A DNA stretch of 64,000 nt from positions 55,596-119,595 of the forward strand of contig NZ_CANMCZ010000001.1 in the NCBI RefSeq assembly GCF_947496485.1, given 5' to 3'. Each line of letters starts with the position of its first letter. Positions within the stretch are counted from its first letter, which is position 1. Below are positions 17,871 through 27,122 of the stretch, piece by piece. The DNA comes from an uncultured Winogradskyella sp. GTDB lineage: Bacteria; Bacteroidota; Bacteroidia; Flavobacteriales; Flavobacteriaceae. The notes under the pieces are model-generated. The model saw only the letters and a program-made list of their open reading frames with translations, had not been told where the DNA came from and made no database searches. A program made the translations under genes and the position numbers.

Positions 17871-18761
17871 TTGCGATATCTAGTTCTAATAATCATATGG
17901 ATTCACTTTATTGGATGCTCTTCATCTAGTAATATTGAAAATGAAACCAGTTCGCACCTAAAATATTTTGGATTCGCTATAACAGATTGTGGAATCAACT
18001 ATACTAATCAGGTTGACAATTTTGTCAATTTAATTGATATGTGTCCTGAAGATTTGAGCAATCTTGAATCTAGAGTTTCAGCAAATACACTGAACAACAA
18101 TAAGGTTTTAATTCATTTACAAGGCTTATTTATAAATGCAATTGAAGACTCTAATTCGCCATCAGGATTTAGATATGAATTACTAAATAATTACGAAGAA
18201 TTATTTTCAACATGGACTCACAATAATCAGTTCTTAACTACAGAATCTGTTGCTGCTTTTGATTTTGCCGATGAGCCTGCTTGGAATCAAATGAGCATGA
18301 ATGATTTGGCAATAGTTGCTGCCCGAATAAAGCTAAGTTTCCCAGATATTCCTTTAATGGTTATTGAAGCACCAGATGTTATCAACCAACTCATTATTAC
18401 TAATGATATTGATTGGGTAGGATTTGATCGTTACGGAACTATAGACCCAAAAAATGACTCTGATTACCTTAGTCGATTAGAATTGATAAAGTCAAAACGT
18501 ACTAATAGCAATCAAAAGTTAGTTTTAATAATGGAGTCGCAATGGTTAGATTTTTATTCTGATGCTGGTTTTGAAGAATCTATTCTAATCGACATGGCAA
18601 ATAGTTACCATGAATTAGCACAATCTGAAGACGATGTTATTGCTTTGATTTCATATTTACTTCCCAGTGCATTTGATGCTCCAGACCAAAAAGGGTATTT
18701 TGATTTATTGCCAGAAGTGAAAACAGCAATTAGAACTATTGGAAATGAAATAGTCAACTAA
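17871..18761 (+). CDS. Hypothetical lipoprotein, possible glycoside-hydrolase-like TIM barrel
   Basis: TTG start, lipobox FIGC, FADEP and DWVGFDRY motifs typical of clan GH-A-like barrels. Confidence 0.6.
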   Translation: MRYLVLIIIWIHFIGCSSSSNIENETSSHLKYFGFAITDCGINYTNQVDNFVNLIDMCPEDLSNLESRVSANTLNNNKVLIHLQGLFINAIEDSNSPSGFRYELLNNYEELFSTWTHNNQFLTTESVAAFDFADEPAWNQMSMNDLAIVAARIKLSFPDIPLMVIEAPDVINQLIITNDIDWVGFDRYGTIDPKNDSDYLSRLELIKSKRTNSNQKLVLIMESQWLDFYSDAGFEESILIDMANSYHELAQSEDDVIALISYLLPSAFDAPDQKGYFDLLPEVKTAIRTIGNEIVN

Positions 18762-19552
18762 TCCCTATTCTTATCTTGAATTTTCCTCACAATTTTTGTC
18801 GTTCTATTTCTGGTCAACATTCTAGGGAGTATCGATAAAAACTTATTAAAAAGTCCAGGAATTGCAACTACTCTGCTATTGTGCATTGCTTTATAACCAT
18901 ATGCAGCTACTTGCTTAGGACAGGCCATGTTGAAGCCTATTTTATTATCTCCAACACCTTCGGAAACAACATCTTGAAATGACGTTTTTGTTGGTCCAGG
19001 ACACAATACTGTAACAGTCACACCTGTTCCTTTTAACTCATTTGATATGGCTTGAGAAAAGGACAAAAGATAAGACTTAGATGCATAATATAATGCCATT
19101 AATGGACCAGGTTGAAACGCTGCTAAAGAAGATAGATTCAAAATTTTACCAGAACCCCTTTTCACCATACCAGGAAGAATTAACTTAATTAAATGGGTAG
19201 TGGTTATAATATGTAAGTGTAACATCTCAGATTCACGCTTCCAATCTGTATCATGAAATGTCCCAAATAAACCAAATCCAGCATTATTTACAATGACATC
19301 TATATCAGTCGCATTTAGGTCATTATAAATTTCTTCTGCAATATTAATTAGACTTAAATCCTTAATTAACAACGTAATTTTGGTATGGTAGTTTTTTAAT
19401 ATTCTGATTTTCGCTTCTTGTAACTTCTCAGAATCAATATCGATTAAAATTAGGTTATAGCCATCCTTAGCTAACAATAAAGCGAGCTCAAATCCAAGTC
19501 CTGAAGCTGCTCCGGTTACTAAAGCAGTTTTTGATGTTTTATTTGTTTCCAT
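18758..19552 (-). CDS. Short-chain dehydrogenase/reductase (DltE-like)
   Basis: TGAASGLG, NNAGFG and YYASK motifs. Confidence 0.9.
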   Translation of the reverse strand: METNKTSKTALVTGAASGLGFELALLLAKDGYNLILIDIDSEKLQEAKIRILKNYHTKITLLIKDLSLINIAEEIYNDLNATDIDVIVNNAGFGLFGTFHDTDWKRESEMLHLHIITTTHLIKLILPGMVKRGSGKILNLSSLAAFQPGPLMALYYASKSYLLSFSQAISNELKGTGVTVTVLCPGPTKTSFQDVVSEGVGDNKIGFNMACPKQVAAYGYKAMHNSRVVAIPGLFNKFLSILPRMLTRNRTTKIVRKIQDKNRD

Positions 19553-20744
19553 CAACAAAATCCTGAAGGTAACTAAATCTTTTTGTTAGTTTACCATTCT
19601 CAGTAATCTTAGCGCGTTTTAAAACTCCGCTTTCATCATTATTAAAGAATGCAGGAAGAACATGCTCTAAGAATGTAGTCCCAAAACCTTCACTGGCATC
19701 TTTTGGTAATTCGCAAGGCAGATTATCTACTGCCATAACTGTGATTGCACCTTTTTTATCAAAAGCAACTTCTTTTTCAGTTTTAGAATCATAACCATAA
19801 AAGGGCTCTGCAATTGTTGAAGGACGAATAGTACTCGCCACAGGGCCATCTATATCACAAGAGATATCAGCCACTAAATTGATTCTAAAATCTGAATGTT
19901 TGGCATCTTCTCTGGTAAATAAATAAGGTGCATTATTACCATAAAAGTGACCAGCAATAAAGTAATCCGTTTCTTTGGCGTAAGGCATAAAATTACTTTC
20001 ATAACCTATTGGATCTTTATAAAATTCCCACTTATCGCCTACTTTACCATCTTTACGTTTGGCATATTCCATAACATCTGCCATAACATAAACAGGTTCA
20101 GTAAACTTTGATGTTAAATACAACGCGTCACTTATTTCCTTAATTCCTAAATGATCTAAAATTTCCTTAGCACCATGTGCTACCTTACCTGTACCTGTAA
20201 GCAAAACTTTAATATTTGGTATGGTAATTTTATCAAGTTCTGCCTTTACCGCATTTAAATCAGCAAGCGTTTCCACTTTTGGTAAGTTGAATATTCCGTC
20301 TCGTAATCCCAGAGCTCTAAACCCATTGTAAGCACCAACCAAACCAGCATAACGACCAAAACCAATTAAACGCATGTTGTCTTTACGAACTATAGTTTCG
20401 TGGTCATACATTTCTATATTCTTTTCTAGCATAGCTATTAAAAGCTTTCTATTATAAGGTTGTTCTTTAATAGTATGTGAAAAGTAGAAATACTTTTTAT
20501 TCGGAATTAAATCTTCGATCGGCACTTCCTTAACTCCAATCATAACATCTGCATCAGACACATCATCAGTGACTTCAAATCCTAACTCAGCATATGCTTC
20601 ATCAGAAAAAACCCTAATATCTGAAGATTCAACCACAAATTCAGCATCTGGAAATTGGGCTCTAGCTTCGGCTAAGGTTTCTGGCGAAAACACAACTCTT
20701 CTGTCTGGTGGGTTTTTACGTTCTTTTATGATGGCAAATTTCAT
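19539..20744 (-). CDS. AlaDH/PNT-fold NAD(P)-dependent oxidoreductase, saccharopine dehydrogenase / lysine-ketoglutarate reductase-like
   Basis: DRRVVFSP, GVKEVP, FSHTIKEQ, FGRYAG, DISCD and AVDNLPCELP motifs; start MKFAII at 20744. Confidence 0.85.
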   Translation of the reverse strand: MKFAIIKERKNPPDRRVVFSPETLAEARAQFPDAEFVVESSDIRVFSDEAYAELGFEVTDDVSDADVMIGVKEVPIEDLIPNKKYFYFSHTIKEQPYNRKLLIAMLEKNIEMYDHETIVRKDNMRLIGFGRYAGLVGAYNGFRALGLRDGIFNLPKVETLADLNAVKAELDKITIPNIKVLLTGTGKVAHGAKEILDHLGIKEISDALYLTSKFTEPVYVMADVMEYAKRKDGKVGDKWEFYKDPIGYESNFMPYAKETDYFIAGHFYGNNAPYLFTREDAKHSDFRINLVADISCDIDGPVASTIRPSTIAEPFYGYDSKTEKEVAFDKKGAITVMAVDNLPCELPKDASEGFGTTFLEHVLPAFFNNDESGVLKRAKITENGKLTKRFSYLQDFVDGNK

Positions 20745-20873
20745 ACAAATACTATTTAGCAACTGACAAAAGTGTCAATTTACAATATGGAATAATTTTT
20801 GCACGAAAATAACTGGATTTAAGAGGTTGCACAACTTTTTTTGTAACTTCGCTCTCCTTTTAATTTAAATTTT

Positions 20874-21267
20874 GGGGTCGACTGGTTTTGACAGCGAGAT
20901 TAGTTAAATGGTAAGCACGTCGTGTAATGGCATTGAAACACGTAAAAGGCTAGACCAAATTTTAAACGGCGAGAATAACTACGCTTTAGCTGCATAATCT
21001 GAATTATAGTAAGATTGGCCTAGGTACACATGGTGTACAAGCTAAATGTCTCCAGAAAGCCTTGGTTAATGGCGTTCTTTTTTGAGGCATCGTAAAAATT
21101 GACTAAGATAGTGTAGCGCTTTGATGCACTTTCGAGATTAAGAAGCTAAGTTTTAAGTAGGTTGTCTTTAACCAGCTTATAATCGAAAACCTAAGAATAG
21201 ACTAAACGTGTAGAAAGCTCTTTGGTTACTTGTTTGGACGAGAGTTCGATTCTCTCCGACTCCACAC
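20874..21267 (+). ncRNA. ssrA: tmRNA (transfer-messenger RNA)
   Basis: 5' GGGGTCGACTGGTTTTGACAG; tag ORF GENNYALAA* at 20968-20997; 3' T-loop GAGTTCGATTCTCTC followed by CGACTCCA pairing with the 5' end. Confidence 0.97.
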
Positions 21268-21270
21268 TAA

Positions 21271-21301
21271 AAAAACCTGATTTTAAATGAATCAGGTTTT
21301 T
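21271..21301. terminator. Bidirectional intrinsic terminator between ssrA and the DMT gene
   Basis: aaaaacctgatt...aatcaggttttt hairpin with A/T tracts on both sides. Confidence 0.8.
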
Positions 21302-21332
21302 GTATTTATATAAGTTACTCAATTTAGAACAA

Positions 21333-22148
21333 TCAATTTTTATACTTCTTAATAGTAATATTTAGTGTTAACCCAACCACTATGAGTAATATCCCAATTA
21401 AACTCCAAATCGTATAGATTTCCTTAAACCATAATAATCCAATTATTATAGTAAAAATAACTTCTAAGTATTTCAATGGGGCAACTTGATTGGTTTCTCC
21501 AACTTGCATTGCTTTGGTCATGTACAGCTGAGCAAAATATCCAAAGACACCCAAACTCATAAGCACTAGCCATTCTTTACCTATAGGGTTTACCCAACCA
21601 TTAATAGCCAAAAGCCCACCAATAATTGTAGAAATAACCATAAAATAATTAACCACTACTACGGGATGATCTTCGTTCCCAATTTTTCTTATTGTTATAT
21701 AGACTAAACCAGCAAATAAAGCAGATATTACAGCAAAAAGAATACCTTCTATCTGTACTTCCGTATCAAATCCTTTTAAAACTAAAACTCCTAAAAAAGC
21801 GATACTAAAGAACAACCATTGTATAGGTTTTACTTTTTCTTTTAAGAGGAATAATGCAAAAAAAGCTGCAAAAATCGGAGCAATATATCGAATAGAAACG
21901 GCTGTACCCATTGCTATATATTTTAATGACAGAAAGAATAAGGTCATAGAAATAAGCCCAAAAACACTACGCATTATTAATAAACTTCTTTTGTTTCCTA
22001 ATAAGGAAATCTTATTTTTTAATAAATATGGTATTGTAAAAAACAAAGATCCCACAGCTCTAAAAAACACTATTTGATAAACACTGAAGTTACTTAATGA
22101 CTTTACAAATACATTCAAAAATGTAAATGCAAGAGCACTAATTATCAT
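21333..22148 (-). CDS. DMT/EamA family transporter
   Basis: Two EamA repeats, about 10 TM segments; true start may lie a few codons upstream (LKKAIQYM). Confidence 0.9.
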   Translation of the reverse strand: MIISALAFTFLNVFVKSLSNFSVYQIVFFRAVGSLFFTIPYLLKNKISLLGNKRSLLIMRSVFGLISMTLFFLSLKYIAMGTAVSIRYIAPIFAAFFALFLLKEKVKPIQWLFFSIAFLGVLVLKGFDTEVQIEGILFAVISALFAGLVYITIRKIGNEDHPVVVVNYFMVISTIIGGLLAINGWVNPIGKEWLVLMSLGVFGYFAQLYMTKAMQVGETNQVAPLKYLEVIFTIIIGLLWFKEIYTIWSLIGILLIVVGLTLNITIKKYKN

Positions 22149-22341
22149 GTATTGTATCGCCTTTTTCAGAATAAGAATTGCTTTTTAGAATCAAGTGAAT
22201 TTAGAAAAGGCAATGTAAGGATAAAATCATACAAAATTATTAGAAAATAATACGATTACGACATAATTTAAATGCTATATTTAAAAACGGAACTGTTTTT
22301 GATTATTTTTATAAGATCAAAATTTTGAACTTAATTTAAAC

Positions 22342-24732
22342 ATGAAACCATTACATTTATTTTCACTGATTACCACTGTCCTATTCATAAATTTTGCTGA
22401 AGCTCAAAACATTACAGTTTCTAATATTGATGAATATAATGCTGCTCTATCCGAAGTTAATTCTGGAGGTACAATTATTTTAAAAAATGGCGAATGGAAG
22501 GACACCAAACTTTTAGCCCATGGAAATGGAACTAAAGAAAAACCAATTATTATTAAAGCAGAAACTGCTGGTGAAGTTATCTTATCTGGTGATTCTAGTT
22601 TAAGTATTTATGGTAGTCATGTTATAGTAAGTGGCCTTTGGTTTAAAGATGGAAAAACAACATCCAAACACGTTGTTCAGTTTAGGAAAAACTCGAAAGA
22701 ATTTGCTAACAACTGTAGATTTACAAACTCTACCATTTCTTACTTTAATGTTGCTGATGAAAGCATAAAAAATCACTGGGTAGATATTTGGGGCAAAAAT
22801 AATAGAGTAGATCATAATAATTTTACAGGAAAAGAATCTTCTGGCACTACACTGGTGGTTTGGTTAAAAGGTGAAGAGCATATAGAAAACAATCACCAAA
22901 TAGATCATAACTATTTTGGACCAAGACCAGATTTGGGCGAAAATGGTGGAGAAACGATTAGAATTGGCACAAGTGCTAACTCTATGAAATCTTCTAAAAC
23001 TATAGTAGAATATAATACCTTTAAAAAGTGTGATGGTGAAATAGAAATTATCTCTAACAAATCTGGAGATAATATCTTTAGAAACAACTTATTCGTTGAA
23101 AGCCAAGGAACATTAACTCTAAGACATGGTAATAATGCACTAGTCGAAAACAATGTATTCTTAGGTAATAATGTGTCGCGTACTGGAGGCATAAGAATCA
23201 TAAACGAAGGGCATATCGTTCGTAATAATTTATTAGTTGGATTAACTGGAAATGGTTATAGAGGACCAATAGTCATTATGAATGGAGTTCCGAATTCACC
23301 TTTGAATAGATATCACCAAGTTAAAAATGTTGATATTCAAAACAACACCATTATTAATTGTGGACCTATGACTTTTGGTGCTGGTAAAGACGACGAAAAA
23401 AGTTTAGCTCCTATCAATACTGTTTTTGCAAACAATATTATTACCAACACCAATTCTGGAAGAATCCTAGATGTTGTAGATAACATTGATGGTATTTCTT
23501 TTAGTGGCAACGTTGTTGACAGTAATGCCAATGTTGACCCTAAATATTTTACTCAGACATCTATTGATTGGAGTATTCTAAAATCACTTCCAATGCCAAC
23601 TGAAAATAATCCTGTGCTTAAAAGCGTAACCAAAACTGCAAAAAGTCCAACTATTGATATCACAGAATCTCAAAGAGATACTTATGTTGCCGGTGCGTTT
23701 AACCTCAACAATACCAAAATACCAAAAGCAATTTTAGCCAGAACTGGTCCTGGCTGGAAACCTAATATAATAGCTCCAATAACAAAACCGGAAGATTTGG
23801 TAATAGAACCAGGTACAGGTACTCTATCTAAAGCATTCAGTAAAGCAAAAGATGGAGATATTATTACATTAAAAGAAGGAACTTACATTTTAAATAAAAG
23901 CCTAAAGGTAAATAGTAAGATAACTGTTGTTGGTGCAGAAAATGGGAGTACAATAATTAAAATGCAAGAGGATATTGAAAAATCTTTTAGTTATTTTTTA
24001 AGAATTAACCAAGGAACATCACTAACCATTAAAAATGTAACTTTTGACGCCGCGCATAGCAGACCACCGAAGTACGCCATTGTATCTCCAGATAAATTAG
24101 AATCTGATCTTTACGAACTTAAGGTAGAAAACTGCACTTTTAAAAATTTCTCAACTAAAGATGGAGGTAGTATTTTTAAAGCATATAATGGTACAATGGC
24201 TAGTCTTTTAAGTTTTAAAAGTTGTGAATTTTTAGATAGTTATAGAGGTTTAAACCTGTCTTATGATAAAGATAATCTAGGAAAATATAATGCAGAAGAG
24301 ATTCTAATCAATAACTGTATCTTTAATAATATCGAAGAGTTTGCCGTAAACTATACGAGAACTATCCCAAATATTAATATTGAAGGTGGAAAAATCACTA
24401 TTACCAATAGCATATTCGACAAAGTCGCTAATGAAGAGAAAGGTCGCATTATTAGAACCAATGGAATTCACGAGGTAACCATAAAAAATTCAGTTTTTAT
24501 AAATAGCTATAAGGCACAAAACCCGATAAATTTGCAAGGTGTTAATGCTATTATTAAAAATTGTCTATTCGATGACAGTGGTTTTCCTAAATTAAGTAAA
24601 GGAGCTAAAGAGATGAATATGATTTATAAAAATCCTAAATGGGAAGATAAAGAGAAATATATTCCTAGTGAAAAATCACCTTTATTGAAAGAAAATAATG
24701 GAAATGAACAGATTGGATTGACACAAAGTTAA
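22342..24732 (+). CDS. PL6 polysaccharide (alginate) lyase, chondroitinase B-type beta-helix plus second beta-helix domain
   Basis: NRVDHN, NGGETIRIGTS, EIEIISNKS and GTLTLRHG motifs; signal peptide. Confidence 0.9.
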   Translation: MKPLHLFSLITTVLFINFAEAQNITVSNIDEYNAALSEVNSGGTIILKNGEWKDTKLLAHGNGTKEKPIIIKAETAGEVILSGDSSLSIYGSHVIVSGLWFKDGKTTSKHVVQFRKNSKEFANNCRFTNSTISYFNVADESIKNHWVDIWGKNNRVDHNNFTGKESSGTTLVVWLKGEEHIENNHQIDHNYFGPRPDLGENGGETIRIGTSANSMKSSKTIVEYNTFKKCDGEIEIISNKSGDNIFRNNLFVESQGTLTLRHGNNALVENNVFLGNNVSRTGGIRIINEGHIVRNNLLVGLTGNGYRGPIVIMNGVPNSPLNRYHQVKNVDIQNNTIINCGPMTFGAGKDDEKSLAPINTVFANNIITNTNSGRILDVVDNIDGISFSGNVVDSNANVDPKYFTQTSIDWSILKSLPMPTENNPVLKSVTKTAKSPTIDITESQRDTYVAGAFNLNNTKIPKAILARTGPGWKPNIIAPITKPEDLVIEPGTGTLSKAFSKAKDGDIITLKEGTYILNKSLKVNSKITVVGAENGSTIIKMQEDIEKSFSYFLRINQGTSLTIKNVTFDAAHSRPPKYAIVSPDKLESDLYELKVENCTFKNFSTKDGGSIFKAYNGTMASLLSFKSCEFLDSYRGLNLSYDKDNLGKYNAEEILINNCIFNNIEEFAVNYTRTIPNINIEGGKITITNSIFDKVANEEKGRIIRTNGIHEVTIKNSVFINSYKAQNPINLQGVNAIIKNCLFDDSGFPKLSKGAKEMNMIYKNPKWEDKEKYIPSEKSPLLKENNGNEQIGLTQS

Positions 24733-24758
24733 ACCTTAAGTCAATATCAATTCAATTA

Positions 24759-24792
24759 AAAAGGGCAACTTATTAAGATAAGTTGCCCTTTT
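24759..24792. terminator. Bidirectional intrinsic terminator
   Basis: aaaagggcaacttat-taag-ataagttgccctttt perfect stem between convergent genes. Confidence 0.85.
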
Positions 24793-24812
24793 ATGTAAAT
24801 TTTGAATTCTAA

Positions 24813-25736
24813 TTATTCAATAACAATTCGCTTAGTTACAGAATTATTTCCAGAGTTTACTTTAAGTAAATAAACACCTGATGCTATTTCTGAAACATTT
24901 ATTGAGTCGTTAATCAGACTGGAAGCAGCAAATACTCTTTTTCCAAGAATATTATATAATTCAACAGAATCAATTTGTGATAGATCTGATGATTTAATAG
25001 TAATATTTGATGTTGTAGGATTTGGATATACTTTAAAACTTGATGCAGAAAATTCTTCAGTTGAAAGAACACCTAAGTTAACTAAAGACAGATTATCCAT
25101 TCTAACTTCCGTATCTCCATTCATCCAACCTTTATCTTTACCAGGATCCCCATGCGCCGCTGCGTCGTAAGGTCCAACGGCTCTTACAAATATAGCTAGG
25201 CTTGTTTCGGCACCTGTGTTAAATGTTATAGTAGGTGACATAGGATTTAAATCTGAAGTGCTTCCCGCAGGAACTATAGTAGCATAAGCAAGCTGATTGG
25301 TAGCTGATTCTACCTCAGCGATATCATCGTAGCCAAATCCATCTTGAGCAGCTATATCTGGTGTTTCATATAAAGGTGTGTATCCATCTACGTATCCACT
25401 ACCTTTTAAAACTATCACTTCAATAAATTGAGTTGTTGTTGTAGTTGAACTATATCTAAAATCAATATCTAATGTATAGTCACTGTTTGCTTCAACAGCT
25501 ACCTCTTGATAGATACCGTCAGATTCAACGTTATCAAATTTTACTACATCGTTACTGCTTATAGAAGAAGACTCAGCTTGGTCTGCAATGTCTTTATTAA
25601 TCCAACCAGAACAAGAACAATCAGAACCTGAAGATTTAGGTATATTGTCAAAAACAGCATTGTGGACAACTGGTTGAACTTGGGCATATCCCAAAGCTGT
25701 TAAAAATAATAATGCAAATAGTAGTTTTGTTTTCAT
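24813..25736 (-). CDS. T9SS-secreted protein with a single CBM-like domain
   Basis: Signal peptide; C-terminal YPNP...ELYNILGK...ASGVYLLKV...KRIVIE (T9SS type A CTD); the core is homologous to the C-terminal domain of 60009-60992. Confidence 0.8.
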   Translation of the reverse strand: MKTKLLFALLFLTALGYAQVQPVVHNAVFDNIPKSSGSDCSCSGWINKDIADQAESSSISSNDVVKFDNVESDGIYQEVAVEANSDYTLDIDFRYSSTTTTTQFIEVIVLKGSGYVDGYTPLYETPDIAAQDGFGYDDIAEVESATNQLAYATIVPAGSTSDLNPMSPTITFNTGAETSLAIFVRAVGPYDAAAHGDPGKDKGWMNGDTEVRMDNLSLVNLGVLSTEEFSASSFKVYPNPTTSNITIKSSDLSQIDSVELYNILGKRVFAASSLINDSINVSEIASGVYLLKVNSGNNSVTKRIVIE

Positions 25737-25848
25737 AATTTTTTGTTTTTATATATTAATGATCAGTTAAATTTATTTTAATTTCTAGTTATAAATATTC
25801 TAAACAAGTATGTCAATTGTACAAACCTCAATAAATTGTGATAAAAAT

Positions 25849-25875
25849 TTGGTTTACCAATCTGGTTTACCAAAT
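25849..25875. promoter_or_regulatory. Tandem GntR/FadR-type operator (TGGTTTACCA-N3-TGGTTTACCA) overlapping a minus-strand -7 element
   Basis: Same architecture at 35666 and 49884; the minus strand reads TATATTTG directly into the operator. Confidence 0.75.
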
Positions 25876-25882
25876 ATAGTGA

Positions 25883-27049
25883 TTATTTCTTAATCCACAA
25901 CAGCGGAAACTTTATTGGCATATTTCTTATAATTTCTTGTTTTTCAGGAATTTCCGGAAGAGATCTCCAAAGTTCTAAATAACTTTCATCATTATAAGCC
26001 AAGGCACCAAATAAAACAGAGGTTTGTTTTGTTGGCCAATCTTCCCAATACATCACATCTTTTTGATATGGCCAATCATCCTTACTTTTTATATATTTAG
26101 TCATTAAATTTAGTCCTAAAACCAGACTCTTTCCATCTTCAGTTTCAAACTTAAATAAGTCATCGTTATTGGTCGACAAAATTTGTGCAAGTCCACAAAA
26201 AGCATCTAAGTTAAAAATAGAGTATCCATATGGTTTTGTTCTCGCCAATTCTTTGGGAAAACTTCCATCCTCACCCATTTGCTCTGGCAGTAAGGTGTTT
26301 TTAAAAAAGTTTTTGCACCATGTCAGTTGTTCTTCGTTTTCTGTAAGTTCTGCAAAAGCAGCAACCTGCATTGCCCAACATGTACTGTGATTGTTACCAT
26401 TATCACGCTCCTTTTTTCCGTAACTATGAGAAGTTAACCAACTCAAGTAGTCTTGAAACCATTCTTTAACCATTTTTAAATCAGAGTCTTGCATTAATCC
26501 TGAAGTCTCAACTACACGTATTGCTTTAGAAACTTCGATTAAATGAATTGTATCAATGATGCCAATACCTCTTCCTGTAACACGACCTTTTATAGCTTGT
26601 GCATACATTAAATTAGGGTTCATTTTAGTTTCATTGTTAACGAACCAAGCTCTTAAATGTGGAATTAAATCCTCAATATATTTATTGTTTTCTGTGACTA
26701 AATAAGCTGAAGCAAGAGATCCTGAAATTCTACTTAATCTTATCATAGCTATGCGATGCTCTGTAAAATTATCGGGATTAGTTAAACCGTCTTTTCTAAT
26801 GTAAGCACTATCTGGATGCTTGGGATTTGGCCACCAATAATCACCTTCAGAATAAAAATCATGAATTCCACCAGCACTTCTTTCAGAATAATAAGACGTT
26901 ACTGTTAAAGGTTTAAGATTAGAATAGTTTTTTGCTTCCTTAAGAATATATTTTCTTTCTAAGTCTAAAACAACTTGGAAATCCGTAGGCTGCTCTGTGC
27001 AGTTAAACACTGTACCTAAAAGAAAAATAATAAGCTTATAATGCCTCAT
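25883..27049 (-). CDS. Alginate_lyase (PF05426-like) family polysaccharide lyase, probably PL38; lipoprotein
   Basis: SEGDYWWPNP...YIRKDG, GIGIIDT, NNHSTCW and ELARTKPYGYSIFNL motifs; lipobox-like VFNC. Confidence 0.75.
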   Translation of the reverse strand: MRHYKLIIFLLGTVFNCTEQPTDFQVVLDLERKYILKEAKNYSNLKPLTVTSYYSERSAGGIHDFYSEGDYWWPNPKHPDSAYIRKDGLTNPDNFTEHRIAMIRLSRISGSLASAYLVTENNKYIEDLIPHLRAWFVNNETKMNPNLMYAQAIKGRVTGRGIGIIDTIHLIEVSKAIRVVETSGLMQDSDLKMVKEWFQDYLSWLTSHSYGKKERDNGNNHSTCWAMQVAAFAELTENEEQLTWCKNFFKNTLLPEQMGEDGSFPKELARTKPYGYSIFNLDAFCGLAQILSTNNDDLFKFETEDGKSLVLGLNLMTKYIKSKDDWPYQKDVMYWEDWPTKQTSVLFGALAYNDESYLELWRSLPEIPEKQEIIRNMPIKFPLLWIKK

Positions 27050-27060
27050 GAAAAAATAAA

Positions 27061-27103
27061 AAAATCTTCAAACTTCAGAAGTATACTTTCGTTTGAAGAT
27101 TTT
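27061..27103. terminator. Hairpin between the GH2 and PL38-like genes
   Basis: 13-bp arms aaaatcttcaaac/gtttgaagatttt with an inner aagtatactt palindrome; terminator or mRNA-stability element. Confidence 0.55.
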
Positions 27104-27122
27104 AAATCAAATTACTAATAAA

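Noticed and set aside
20874-22340. tmRNA as an integration site for a genomic island
   Set aside because: No integrase and no duplicated ssrA 3' end seen; the flanking genes are an ordinary DMT transporter and a dehydrogenase.
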